Shown here piece after piece: positions 38,593 through 48,504 of a DNA stretch of 64,000 nt (positions are counted from its first letter, which is position 1; each line of letters opens with the position of its first letter). The notes under the pieces are model-generated. The model saw only the letters and a list, made by a program, of their open reading frames with translations, did no database searches and was not told where the DNA came from. Origin of the DNA: Treponemataceae bacterium (GTDB lineage: Bacteria; Spirochaetota; Spirochaetia; Treponematales; Rectinemataceae); the NCBI GenBank assembly GCA_963667725.2, contig CAXXHO010000003.1, forward strand, positions 832,001 to 896,000, in the 5' to 3' direction. Made by a program: the position numbers and the translations under genes.

Positions 38593-39470
38593 TGGCAGCC
38601 CGCGTCCATAAATTCGGGCCATTGAGGATAGCCGCCCTCTTTCACGCCAGGCGAATCGTCAGGAAGGGCGCCAAGGCGGCCATCGGGCTGGTGCCGAAGA
38701 AGGCGCTCGGCTCGAACATCATCTACTGGCTCGTCATCGGTTTCCTCTTCATGCCCCTGGTCGTCCTCATCGCCTATTCATTCAACAAGTCGAGATCGGG
38801 CGAGTGGACGGGTTTTTCTTTCGTCTGGTACCAAAAGCTCTTCATGGACTCCCCCGACCTGTGGAAGGCCTTCCAGAACTCCGTGATCATAGCCTTTTCG
38901 AGCGCCCTCATGGCGACGGTCCTTGGAACGCTCGCCGCCGTGGGCACCGCCCGCTATTCGTTCAAGCTGAAATCCTACGTGGCCACCATGAGTTTTATCC
39001 CGATGATCCTGCCGGAAATCGTCGTCGGCGTCTCCCTTCTCATCTTTTTTGCCGGCATCGGCCTGCAGCTCGGCATGATGACGGTATGGATCGCCCATAC
39101 CACCTTCAACATTCCCTTCGTCTACCTCCTCGTTTCGGCGAGGCTGGAGGAATCCGATCCCACTATCGTCGAGGCGGCCCGCGACCTGGGCGCCTCAGAA
39201 CTTCAGACTCTTTTCAGGGTCATCATTCCGATGGCTCTGCCCGGCATAGCTTCGGCCTTTCTTACCGCCATCACGCTATCGCTGGAAGACTTTGTCATCA
39301 CCTTCTTCGTGTCGGGTCCGGGGGCGACGACCCTGCCTCTGTATATTTATTCCATGATCCGCTTCGGTGTATCGCCCGTCGTCAACGCGCTGTCGGCCGT
39401 CATGGTTGCGGGCACGGTGCTCCTTGTCTATCCTTTGAGGAATTTCCTGAAGGTTTTTGCCGCCCGTTGA
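38592..39470 (+). CDS. potC: Spermidine/putrescine ABC permease
   Basis: YSFN, EAARDLGA, SLEDFVITFF. Confidence 0.88.
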   Translation: MAARVHKFGPLRIAALFHARRIVRKGAKAAIGLVPKKALGSNIIYWLVIGFLFMPLVVLIAYSFNKSRSGEWTGFSFVWYQKLFMDSPDLWKAFQNSVIIAFSSALMATVLGTLAAVGTARYSFKLKSYVATMSFIPMILPEIVVGVSLLIFFAGIGLQLGMMTVWIAHTTFNIPFVYLLVSARLEESDPTIVEAARDLGASELQTLFRVIIPMALPGIASAFLTAITLSLEDFVITFFVSGPGATTLPLYIYSMIRFGVSPVVNALSAVMVAGTVLLVYPLRNFLKVFAAR

Positions 39471-39500
39471 GGCGGCTCTATCCCAACAAGGAGGGTTTTC

Positions 39501-40565
39501 ATGAAAAACATCCTCCGCGCCATGAGACTCGATCTTTCGGCGCTGCTTCTCCTCGCTTTGGTGCTTGTGTTCAGCGGCTGTTCGGGTGGCGACGCAAAAT
39601 CGTCTAAAAAACTGTACATCTTCAACTGGACCTACTACACGCCGGACTCGGTCATCGAAAAATTCGAGAAGGAATACGGCGTCGACGTGGTGTACGACTC
39701 CTTCGCGTCCAACGAGGAGATGTTCGCCAAACTGAAGGCCGGCGGGGCCAACTACGACCTCTGCTTTCCCTCGGGCGACTATGTCTCGATCATGATAAAG
39801 GAGAAGATGCTCCAGAAGATCGACCACGCGGCGCTCAAGAATTACGGCAACATCGCGCCCGACGTGCTCGCGAAGAGCGATTTCGATCCGGGAAACGAAT
39901 ACTCGATTCCTTACTACATGGGCGCGGCCGGCGTGGCCGTCAACAAGACCAAGGTTCCCGAATACGAAAAGTCATGGTCCGTTTTCGCGCGCAAGGATCT
40001 GGCCGGGAAAATGATCATGCTGGACGATATGCGCGAGGTCCTGGGCGACGCGCTGAAGTATCTCGGCTATTCGGTCAACACGGTGGACGTGGCTGAGATA
40101 GAGAAGGCTAAATCCCTGGTAAATGATGTATGGAAGCCCAATCTCCTCAAGTTCGACGCCGAGGCTTTCGCTAAAAACTTCGCGGCGGGAGAGGTTTGGG
40201 TGGCTCAGGGCTACGCGGAATCGATCTACGCGGAGCTGGACCAGAGCCGTTGGGGCGAAATCGATTTCTTCATTCCTAAGGAAGGCGGTCCCAGCTATAT
40301 CGACTCCATGGTCATCCTCAAGAATTCGAAAAACAAGGATATGGCGATGAAGTTCATAGACTTCATTCACCGGCCGGAGATCTATGCCGAATTCTGCGAT
40401 GCCTTCGGTTTCCCCGCCACGGGCAACGCGGCCGCGGGAGCGCTCAAGAAGGGGCCGAGCTATTACTCGGCCGAGTCTCTCGCCCCCTGCGAACTCAAGA
40501 AGGACGTGGGCGCCGATCTCGAGAAGTACAATGCCGCGTGGCAGGAAATTAAAGTAGGCAAGTGA
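39501..40565 (+). CDS. potD: Spermidine/putrescine-binding lipoprotein
   Basis: Lipobox FSGC, FNWTYY, SNEEMFAK, PSGDY, PKEG. Confidence 0.88.
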   Translation: MKNILRAMRLDLSALLLLALVLVFSGCSGGDAKSSKKLYIFNWTYYTPDSVIEKFEKEYGVDVVYDSFASNEEMFAKLKAGGANYDLCFPSGDYVSIMIKEKMLQKIDHAALKNYGNIAPDVLAKSDFDPGNEYSIPYYMGAAGVAVNKTKVPEYEKSWSVFARKDLAGKMIMLDDMREVLGDALKYLGYSVNTVDVAEIEKAKSLVNDVWKPNLLKFDAEAFAKNFAAGEVWVAQGYAESIYAELDQSRWGEIDFFIPKEGGPSYIDSMVILKNSKNKDMAMKFIDFIHRPEIYAEFCDAFGFPATGNAAAGALKKGPSYYSAESLAPCELKKDVGADLEKYNAAWQEIKVGK

Positions 40566-40609
40566 GAATCTGACACCAGTCCTTTTCCTTGGACATTGCC
40601 GATGACATC

Positions 40610-40641
40610 AGGTTGCCTGAATATATCAGGCAACCTTTTTT
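40610..40641 (+). terminator. pot operon terminator
   Basis: aggttgcctga/tcaggcaacct followed by a T run. Confidence 0.8.
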
Positions 40642-40797
40642 ATTTCCAAACCAAATGATGGAAAAACATGAGGATCGACGTTGACAAGTGCGGTGAATTC
40701 GGCTGATCATGATTAATAAAATTGTAATAGATCTTCCAACCTAAAAGTCTGCTTTGTGCATACGTCTATATTTCTCGGGAGCGGAGCGGGGCTTCAT

Positions 40798-42594
40798 ATG
40801 TTGAATCCTTTCAAGTTCGGCCTTAGCAAAAAACTCATCACGTTCATTGTATTTACTATAATAGTCTTTCTTTCCGCCACTTCACTCATAAGCAGCAAGA
40901 CATTAAATCAGTCGGCGATGATCACCGCCGATGAGATTTCCAATACTCTTCTCGATCAGACTGAAAAACGGATAACGCAATTTTTCAACGAGATGGGATT
41001 GCTTGCCGAAAGTCTGGCGAAAACCAAAGCGGTCCAGACGCTCTCGCTCGCTGATATGAAAGATCTCTTCATTTCCGTCGTTATGACCCGAAAGAGCTAT
41101 ATTCGCGGAATTTATGTAGGAACCGACGATGGAAGAATGTTCGAATGGGGAATAGGCAAGGGCTTCATCGACAATGTCCCAACCTTCCCGGCGGGGTATG
41201 ATCCGCGCCAAAGGCCTTGGTATAAAACAGCGCTCGAACAAGGGAAATTCTCGATCTCGGCTCCGTACCAATACGCTAGTATCGATGAGCTGGGCATTAC
41301 TTGCATTTTGCCGGTGCATAAGTCCGATGGGAGTTTTATAGGCGTATTGGGAATTGATATCCTCCTCGATGATCTGAAAAGAATCCTCGAAGAACTGGAA
41401 ATTCCAAAGCAAGGCAAGGCTTTGATGCTGACGTTGAGCGGGGAGATAATAGCGAGTCAGTTTCCGCACAAACAGGAAGGTACCCTTTCTCTGAAAGCCT
41501 TCTCCACTCCAGGGAGCGAAAAAGTACTGAAGAATCTAGCAGGCAGCTTTTCCAGCTTCGTCGATGGGCAAAAGATGCACTTCGTATTCAAGAGGTCTGC
41601 GAGCGCGAATTGGATTATTGCGGTTGCGATGCCTTATGAAAGCATTTTAGAACCGATGCGTGATCTAATGAGAGCGATCACCTTCATTGACGCGATGCTC
41701 ATGCTTCTTCTAATACTCTCCATAACGCTGATAGCGAACCATCTCATTATTTCCCCGCTCAACGGACTCGTTGAGGTGATCGGCCGGATCAAACAGGGGG
41801 AGAAGGCCCGGATACCTATCAGCGGAAAGGACGAATTCAGTTTTCTGGGCGAGGAGTTGAATACGCTGTTGGACATTGTCGAGGATAATTCGCGCCATCT
41901 CGAGGAGAAAGTGAAGCAGAGAACCCAGGAGATCGTACGGCTTCAGGCAGAGAATACGCAATATAAGATAATTGAAGAAAGACAGAGGATTTTTCGCGAC
42001 ATGCACGATTCGATAGGGGCGAAACTGACGAATATTTTTTTCTGCAACACGATAGCGAGGGATCAGGCGAACAATGAGTCTCCTATGCTGAAAAATATGA
42101 TAGAACGGATAGAAATCAACTGCATGGAGGCTGTTCAGGAGCTCAAGGAGATAATTTTCGGGATGAAAGAAACAGGGCGGTGTACCGTATATAGCTCAAG
42201 ATCCCTGGTCGACTCGATTCGCCAGCGCCTACAGGCGAAGCAGATCGGTTTTATATGCGACACCAGGAGCCAGGACGCTCTCAATGAAATCAAGCGAAGT
42301 CATAAGGATGAAATCGAGAATATTTTCGACGAGATCGTAAGCAATATATTAAAGCACTCACAGGCATTAAATGCGACTCTGGAGGTTGAAAACCGCGGTG
42401 GAGAAATTGCGATCCAATTTTTCGATGATGGCACAGGTTTTAATTTAAGCGGGCTAAACGGCTCAACATCAGGCCTAAATAATATACGTTATCGCGTAAA
42501 AAAAATTGGTGGAAGACTCACGTTGACATCTCGCGCCGGCATGGGAACCAGATTTCATATAAGTCTGGCATCCGAAGGAATAAGCGATGCATGA
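40798..42594 (+). CDS. Sensor histidine kinase: dCache_1, HAMP, HisKA_3-type
   Basis: YDPRQRPWY cache motif; ERQRIFRDMHDSIG; NILKHS; DDGTGF. Confidence 0.9.
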   Translation: MLNPFKFGLSKKLITFIVFTIIVFLSATSLISSKTLNQSAMITADEISNTLLDQTEKRITQFFNEMGLLAESLAKTKAVQTLSLADMKDLFISVVMTRKSYIRGIYVGTDDGRMFEWGIGKGFIDNVPTFPAGYDPRQRPWYKTALEQGKFSISAPYQYASIDELGITCILPVHKSDGSFIGVLGIDILLDDLKRILEELEIPKQGKALMLTLSGEIIASQFPHKQEGTLSLKAFSTPGSEKVLKNLAGSFSSFVDGQKMHFVFKRSASANWIIAVAMPYESILEPMRDLMRAITFIDAMLMLLLILSITLIANHLIISPLNGLVEVIGRIKQGEKARIPISGKDEFSFLGEELNTLLDIVEDNSRHLEEKVKQRTQEIVRLQAENTQYKIIEERQRIFRDMHDSIGAKLTNIFFCNTIARDQANNESPMLKNMIERIEINCMEAVQELKEIIFGMKETGRCTVYSSRSLVDSIRQRLQAKQIGFICDTRSQDALNEIKRSHKDEIENIFDEIVSNILKHSQALNATLEVENRGGEIAIQFFDDGTGFNLSGLNGSTSGLNNIRYRVKKIGGRLTLTSRAGMGTRFHISLASEGISDA

Positions 42595-43249
42595 AAACCA
42601 GATCATCAAGAGAATTGAAGTGTCGATTGTCGAAGATGAGAGAGAGGTTCGAGAAGGACTTCGATATCTTCTAGGACACGACGATCGGATACATATTCTT
42701 TCAGCCTTTGCGAACGCCGAAGAATTCATCGCGAGCCTTCCAAACCGACTGAAACCCGAGATTGTGCTGATGGATATAAATCTTCCCGGCATGAGCGGAA
42801 TAGAAGCGACTCGATCGCTTCAGGCTGGGTACCCAAACATCATCGTGCTGATTCTTACCATCTTCGAAGAGGAAGTGAAAATCCTCGACTCGATAAAGGC
42901 GGGAGCAAGAGGCTATATCTTAAAAAACACTAAACCCGACCTTCTTATAGAACAGATAATAGGCGCTCGCGAGGATGGCTCACCTGTTAGTCCGGTCGCG
43001 GCTAGATTTATCCTCGACGAAATCAGGCGCGAATATTCGAATATACAAGGGAGCGAATATAAATTAACGAACAGGGAAAAAGAAGTGCTGAAAGATATTG
43101 TCGACGGCTTGACCTATCGGGAATCGGCAGAAGAGCATCATATCGCCGGTTCTACCGCCAAAAAACATATACTCCATATCTATCAGAAGCTCAATGTTTC
43201 CTCGAGAGCCGAAATCGTCAAAAAGGCTCTGACTGAGAAGCTGATATGA
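42587..43249 (+). CDS. NarL/LuxR-family response regulator
   Basis: LMDINLP, GYILK, LTNREKEVL...IYQKLNV. Confidence 0.93.
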   Translation: MHENQIIKRIEVSIVEDEREVREGLRYLLGHDDRIHILSAFANAEEFIASLPNRLKPEIVLMDINLPGMSGIEATRSLQAGYPNIIVLILTIFEEEVKILDSIKAGARGYILKNTKPDLLIEQIIGAREDGSPVSPVAARFILDEIRREYSNIQGSEYKLTNREKEVLKDIVDGLTYRESAEEHHIAGSTAKKHILHIYQKLNVSSRAEIVKKALTEKLI

Positions 43250-43405
43250 ATCCTTGGGCATGATGTTATCCCCACTGGCTCCTTTGGTGTACTTTTGCTG
43301 GCAGTGCTAGAGCGGATCGAATAAAAATACATCCTATGGTGAATATCCTCTTTTGGGAGCGGCAGTATAATCATAATTGATCCAATAACTCACTAGGAGG
43401 CATTT

Positions 43406-44740
43406 ATGATTCGAAGGCGGCTCAATTCACTCGTAACGCTATTCTTCATAGCGTTGCTGGTTTCTGCGAATGTCTTTGCTCAAGAACCCCCTAAGGACTA
43501 CGCACCAAAAGCAGAAATCGTAAGCCTGATCGGCACGATCCAGCAAAATGCGACAGTTCAGCAAGCTTTGGAGTATATAAAATCGCAGCAAGCGCAGATC
43601 ATCAAGGACGATATCGAATTGACGCAGATACCCGCTCCTCCCTTCACAGAGACAGTGAGGGGCGTTGAATATGTGAAGCGGCTGGAAGCCGCTGGGCTGA
43701 AGGACGTCAAGACTGACGCGGCTGGCAACGTCTACGCGATTCGCAGGGGGACCGGCAATGGTCCGTTGCTCCTCGTCGCAGCCCACCTGGACACAGTCTT
43801 TCCAGAAGGAACCGATGTTACTGTCAAGCAAAAAGACGGAAAGCTATATGCACCCGGTATCGGAGATGACGGTATCGCGTTGGCGTCCTTGCTCGCTATC
43901 GTCAGAGCTTTCGATGTTACGGGAATAAAGACGGTAGGCGATATCATCTTTTGCGGGGATGTAGGTGAAGAAGGCCTCGGCGACTTGCGCGGGATGAAAG
44001 CAATCTTCGCCGATATCAAAGAAATCGATGGTTTTATTTCGATTGAATCTGGATTCAGCGGGGTAACCTATCTCGCTACCGGCAGCCATCGTTTCGAAGT
44101 CACTTTCAAAGGTCCTGGCGGGCATAGTTTCGGCGCGTTCGGAATTCCAAGCCCGATTCATGCGATGGGAAGGGCGATCGCGAAGATAAGCGAGATTCAG
44201 GTCCCGAAAGACCCCAAGACAACGTACACTGTCGGCGTGGTGAGTGGCGGCACTTCGGTCAATTCCATCGCCTTCGAGGCGAAAATGTGGGTGGACATGA
44301 GGTCGAATGATGAAATCGAAGTCGTAAAGACGGAGCAGCTTTTCCGGAAAGCAATATACGATGGCGTTTTCGAAGAGAATTATCGCTGGGGTAGCGATAA
44401 GATCAGCGTCGATATAGCGATGGTCGGCAATAGGGGAGCAGGAAGCCAGGATCCATACGCACCCATCGTGCAAATAGACTTCGCAGCGCAGCAAGCGGTG
44501 GGAATCCCCAACGTTAAGCTTGGTTCTGCAAGTAGTACCGACGCAAATCATCCAATTGCTCTCGGCATTCCGGCGATCACGACCGTTGGGGGCGGGCGAA
44601 AGGGCGGTGGCGGACACGCGCTAAACGAGTGGGTCGATCCCACTGATGCATATATGACAACTCAGCATACGCTCCTTACCATTCTTGGTCTTGTAGGTGT
44701 CGACGGAGTCTCCATTCCGCAGCTCGCGGAAAGAAAGTAA
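43406..44740 (+). CDS. Secreted M20/M25/M40 metallo-hydrolase
   Basis: Signal peptide, AHLDTVF, GIGDD, GEEG, STDAN, GHALNE. Confidence 0.88.
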   Translation: MIRRRLNSLVTLFFIALLVSANVFAQEPPKDYAPKAEIVSLIGTIQQNATVQQALEYIKSQQAQIIKDDIELTQIPAPPFTETVRGVEYVKRLEAAGLKDVKTDAAGNVYAIRRGTGNGPLLLVAAHLDTVFPEGTDVTVKQKDGKLYAPGIGDDGIALASLLAIVRAFDVTGIKTVGDIIFCGDVGEEGLGDLRGMKAIFADIKEIDGFISIESGFSGVTYLATGSHRFEVTFKGPGGHSFGAFGIPSPIHAMGRAIAKISEIQVPKDPKTTYTVGVVSGGTSVNSIAFEAKMWVDMRSNDEIEVVKTEQLFRKAIYDGVFEENYRWGSDKISVDIAMVGNRGAGSQDPYAPIVQIDFAAQQAVGIPNVKLGSASSTDANHPIALGIPAITTVGGGRKGGGGHALNEWVDPTDAYMTTQHTLLTILGLVGVDGVSIPQLAERK

Positions 44741-44831
44741 ATTTAAGCTTGCTTAAAAGTGACAGAAACGCTCAGCGATTTTCCCCTGGGCGTTTCTACC
44801 TAAGAGCAACGCGGAATAAAGAGGTGAACCA

Positions 44832-46145
44832 ATGGCAGAATCGACTCGAGATAAAAAGGGCATTTTCGATTGGTATTTCAAGACCAATCTTCTCGCCCGC
44901 ATTCTTGTTGGCCTCATACTTGGTGCCGTCGTGGGCATCGTCCTGGGATTTTTCCCCGATTCGGTAAAGCCCTTTGTCGATAATTCGAAATTCTTCGGCG
45001 ACCTCTTCATCCGACTGCTGAAGATGATCGTGGTGCCAGTCATCCTCTTCTCCCTGATCGCGGGAGCGGCAAGCATCGATCCCGGCCGCCTCGGCCGCGT
45101 CGGCGTCAAGATCATGGCCTATTATCTGTTCACGAGCGCCCTCGCTGTCGCCATCGGCCTGGTATTTGCCAATATCCTCCAGCCCGGAGCCGGCTTCAAT
45201 ATCGTCGGAGCGGCCGGAGTCCAGGGAAAGGCGGCCGCCTCGCTGCCGATCTCGCAGATACTCCTCAATATCGTCCCGACCAACCCCATCGATTCCCTCG
45301 CCAAGGGTGACGTTCTCCCGATCATCTTCTTCGCCGTGGTCTTCGGGATCGCCCTCTCCTATATCAAGGGCGCCGAGAACAAGAGCCTGGCCAAGGCGGG
45401 CGCGACCCTCCTGGACGTGGTGAACGCAGCCGCCGAAACCATGTATAAAGTGGTTTCCGGCATCATGCAGTACGCGCCGATCGGCGTATTCGTCCTCATC
45501 GCCCAGGTGTTCGCCCAGCAGGGACCCAAGGCCATCGGACCCCTTCTCATCGTCACCCTGACCGTTTACATCGGACTTCTCGTTCACCTCGTGGGCGTCT
45601 ACGGCGGATTCCTGTCCATCTACAAGCTGGGCTTTCTCAAATTCCTCAAGGGAGCCAATGAGGCGATGATTACGGCCTTTGTTACCCGATCCTCGGGCGG
45701 AACCCTTCCCATCACGATGCGCTGCGCGGAAGAAAAATTGGGCATCAACCGTTCGATCTGTTCCTTCACCCTGCCCCTGGGCGCCACGATCAATATGGAT
45801 GGAACGGCGATTTATCTGGGCGTCTGCGCCATCTTCATCGGCAACGCCATCGGTCAGCCGCTTACCATGAGCCAACAGGGCATGGTCGTACTGACCGCGA
45901 CCCTCGCTTCCATCGGCACGGCGGGCGTACCGGGCGCCGGAGCCATCATGCTCCTCATGGTCCTTGAATCGATCGGCCTGAAGGTCACCGAAGGCTCGGC
46001 GGTAGCCGCGGCTTATGCGATGATCCTCGGCATCGATGCCCTCCTCGACATGGGACGCACGAGCCTCAACGTCACGGGCGACATCGCGGGTTCAGCCATT
46101 GTGGCCAAGACTGAAAAAGAACTGGACATGACAAACTGGAAATAA
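44832..46145 (+). CDS. Dicarboxylate/amino-acid:cation symporter (GltP/GltT type)
   Basis: [23 protein letters not shown]. Confidence 0.93.
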   Translation: MAESTRDKKGIFDWYFKTNLLARILVGLILGAVVGIVLGFFPDSVKPFVDNSKFFGDLFIRLLKMIVVPVILFSLIAGAASIDPGRLGRVGVKIMAYYLFTSALAVAIGLVFANILQPGAGFNIVGAAGVQGKAAASLPISQILLNIVPTNPIDSLAKGDVLPIIFFAVVFGIALSYIKGAENKSLAKAGATLLDVVNAAAETMYKVVSGIMQYAPIGVFVLIAQVFAQQGPKAIGPLLIVTLTVYIGLLVHLVGVYGGFLSIYKLGFLKFLKGANEAMITAFVTRSSGGTLPITMRCAEEKLGINRSICSFTLPLGATINMDGTAIYLGVCAIFIGNAIGQPLTMSQQGMVVLTATLASIGTAGVPGAGAIMLLMVLESIGLKVTEGSAVAAAYAMILGIDALLDMGRTSLNVTGDIAGSAIVAKTEKELDMTNWK

Positions 46146-46212
46146 GGCATAAAGCAAGAGCTAATCGTGAAGATTAAAAGTTGTGGTAAGGATAAGTAAA
46201 TGAACTAGGAAG

Positions 46213-46257
46213 AAAAGGCGGGTGCCCAGACTCAAGGCCTAGGTACCTGCCTTTTTT
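46213..46257. terminator. Bidirectional terminator
   Basis: aaaaggcgggtgcc...ggtacctgcctttttt. Confidence 0.7.
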
Positions 46258-46272
46258 GACTGAAAATGTTTT

Positions 46273-46554
46273 TCAGTAACCGGGCATGTCGGAGAGACCG
46301 CCGGCGTTGACGACGTCGGCGAAGCCCAGGGACTTGAGGATGCGGGCGCCCATGGCGCTCCGCGCCCCCGAGGCGCAGTAGAGCACGACGGGCTTGTCTT
46401 TGGGGCCGATCTCCCCGGCTCTGGCCGAAAGTTCGTTGACCGGTATGTTCAATGCCTTGGGGAAGTGCTCGTCCGCGAATTCATCCTGACTGCGGACATC
46501 GACGACGACGGCCCCGGCTTTGATTTTCTGTTCCACGCTGTTGAAAAATCCCAT
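46273..46554 (-). CDS. Single-domain rhodanese (PspE-like)
   Basis: VDVR, LYCASGARS. Confidence 0.9.
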   Translation of the reverse strand: MGFFNSVEQKIKAGAVVVDVRSQDEFADEHFPKALNIPVNELSARAGEIGPKDKPVVLYCASGARSAMGARILKSLGFADVVNAGGLSDMPGY

Positions 46555-46660
46555 TCCTATCTCCTTGTTTCATAATCTGCGGCGCCTGGCTAGGCCTGGC
46601 GCCGATATTCTCATGCCGGGTTGCGCCCGGCAGCGCTGACGAAGGGAGGACCTAGCCTCC

Positions 46661-48352
46661 TCAATCCCCGACAATCTCTTCGAAGCCTCCGAAAAGCCTC
46701 AAGCTGGTCATGCCGCCCGAAACGTAGACCGGGTCGCTGAAGCCGTTTTGCCGCAGTATCCTGGAAGCCAGGTGGCCTTCGAATCCGGCCAGGGAGACGA
46801 TGAGGAGCCTCGCGTTTTTCGGGATTTCCTCCAGCCTGTCCCGGATTTCGTCGAGGGGGACGTGAAGGGATCCGGCCAGGTGGCCTTTCATATATTCGCC
46901 GAAATTCCTGACATCGAGGAAAGTGAAGGCGTTTTTACTATCCGCCGCCGCGAGCGCCGCTTCGTGGGGAGATACGAAGGGCGAGTAGCCGGAGAGATCG
47001 TTCTCGGCCGCGAAGGCGGCCATCTGTATGGGATCGTTGGCGCTGGAATAGGGCGGGGCGTAGGAAAGATCCAGTTCGGCCAGATCGGAGAGCTTCATCC
47101 TCGCGGCGAGGGCTGTGGCGAGCACGTCGATGCGCTTCTCCACGCCGGCTTCGCCGAAGGCCTGGGCCCCGAGCAGCCTGCCGTCCTCCGCATAGACGAG
47201 CTTGAGCGATAGTTCCTTGTAGCCTGGGTAATAGCTGGCGTGATGAGCCCTGTGGACATGGACCGCCCGAGCCTGGATGCCCGCCGCCTTGGCGGCCTTT
47301 TCGGAGAGTCCGGTCTGGGCGAAGGTATAGTCCACCGCCTTGAACACGGAGGTCCCGAGGGCTCCGGCGTACTTTTTCATGCCGCCGGCGGAGCCCGGAG
47401 CCTTTCCATGGCCCGCCAGCGCGTTCGTCGCCGCGATCCGTCCCTGCCTGTTCGCGGGTCCAGCCAGCGGAATCCTGACCTTGGCCCCATCCACCCTTCT
47501 GACCAGCTCCACCATGTCGCCGGCGGCAAAAATATCCTCGTCGCTCGTCCGGAGGAATTCGTCGACAAGAAGGCCGCCCGAAGCGCCGATCGCGAGCCCC
47601 GCCGCTTTGGCGAGTTCGGTGTTGGGCCGCACTCCGGCCGACATGAGAACGATATCGGCATCGAGTTTCGTCCCGTCGCTCAATTCGACGCTATGGGTGG
47701 CGTAGTCAATTCTCTTGAGGGATTTCTTCGTGTAAACCGAGGCTCCGGCCTCCATGAAGGCTTTCGCGATCTGGGCGCCGAACTCAGGGTCGGCGGGCGG
47801 CATAAGCTGGTCGGTGAGTTCTACGATGGAGGTCGAGAGGCCGCGTTTTATGAAGGCCTCGGCGGTTTCGAGACCGATGAAGCCGCCGCCAACGACGATG
47901 GCTGATTTCGCTCCCGTATCGGAGATGTAAGCGTTGATGGCATCCATGTCGGGGATGGTCCAGAGGCGGAAAACATTGGGCGAATCGACGCCGTCGACCG
48001 GCGGCACGAAAGGAGTTCCGCCCTGGGCGAGGATGAGCTTGTCGTAGGGGATGTCTCGCTCCCCCTCGGGACCGCGGACGCGGACGGAACGCGCGGTTTT
48101 GTCGATGGCTATGGCTTCGGTCTTCAGGGCCACGTTGACTTTATATCGGGAAAAGAAACCTTCGGCGGTCTGCAGGATGAGGGCGCTCCGTTTCGTTATG
48201 TCGCCCGAGAGTCTATAGGGCAGGCCGCAGTTCGCGAACGATACATAAGGGCCCTTTTCGATGAGGGTGATCTCGGCTCTCTCGTCGAGTCTTCTCGCCC
48301 TGGCCGCCGCCGTCGCTCCTGCCGCCACGCCTCCGATAATTACGAGTTTCAT
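46661..48352 (-). CDS. CoA-disulfide reductase family flavoprotein with C-terminal rhodanese domain
   Basis: GGVAAG, SFANCGLPY, GGGFIG, YAPPYS, LDVR. Confidence 0.92.
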   Translation of the reverse strand: MKLVIIGGVAAGATAAARARRLDERAEITLIEKGPYVSFANCGLPYRLSGDITKRSALILQTAEGFFSRYKVNVALKTEAIAIDKTARSVRVRGPEGERDIPYDKLILAQGGTPFVPPVDGVDSPNVFRLWTIPDMDAINAYISDTGAKSAIVVGGGFIGLETAEAFIKRGLSTSIVELTDQLMPPADPEFGAQIAKAFMEAGASVYTKKSLKRIDYATHSVELSDGTKLDADIVLMSAGVRPNTELAKAAGLAIGASGGLLVDEFLRTSDEDIFAAGDMVELVRRVDGAKVRIPLAGPANRQGRIAATNALAGHGKAPGSAGGMKKYAGALGTSVFKAVDYTFAQTGLSEKAAKAAGIQARAVHVHRAHHASYYPGYKELSLKLVYAEDGRLLGAQAFGEAGVEKRIDVLATALAARMKLSDLAELDLSYAPPYSSANDPIQMAAFAAENDLSGYSPFVSPHEAALAAADSKNAFTFLDVRNFGEYMKGHLAGSLHVPLDEIRDRLEEIPKNARLLIVSLAGFEGHLASRILRQNGFSDPVYVSGGMTSLRLFGGFEEIVGD

Positions 48353-48367
48353 ATTAAAGACTCCTTA

Positions 48368-48403
48368 TATATAGATAATACTATATAAGCTTTAACCAGT
48401 CAA
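48368..48403 (-). promoter_or_regulatory. Promoter with palindromic operator
   Basis: TTGACT-N17-TATTAT; the -10 box is the spacer of TATATAG-N6-CTATATA. Confidence 0.65.
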
Positions 48404-48504
48404 CTATAAGCCGGTGCCTAGGGTCCTCACTTGGGCTCCGCTTTCTGCTCGCCGAAGTTCCATGCCTTGTTCTGCGACTGGTTTATTCAATATACTACGG
48501 CGAA

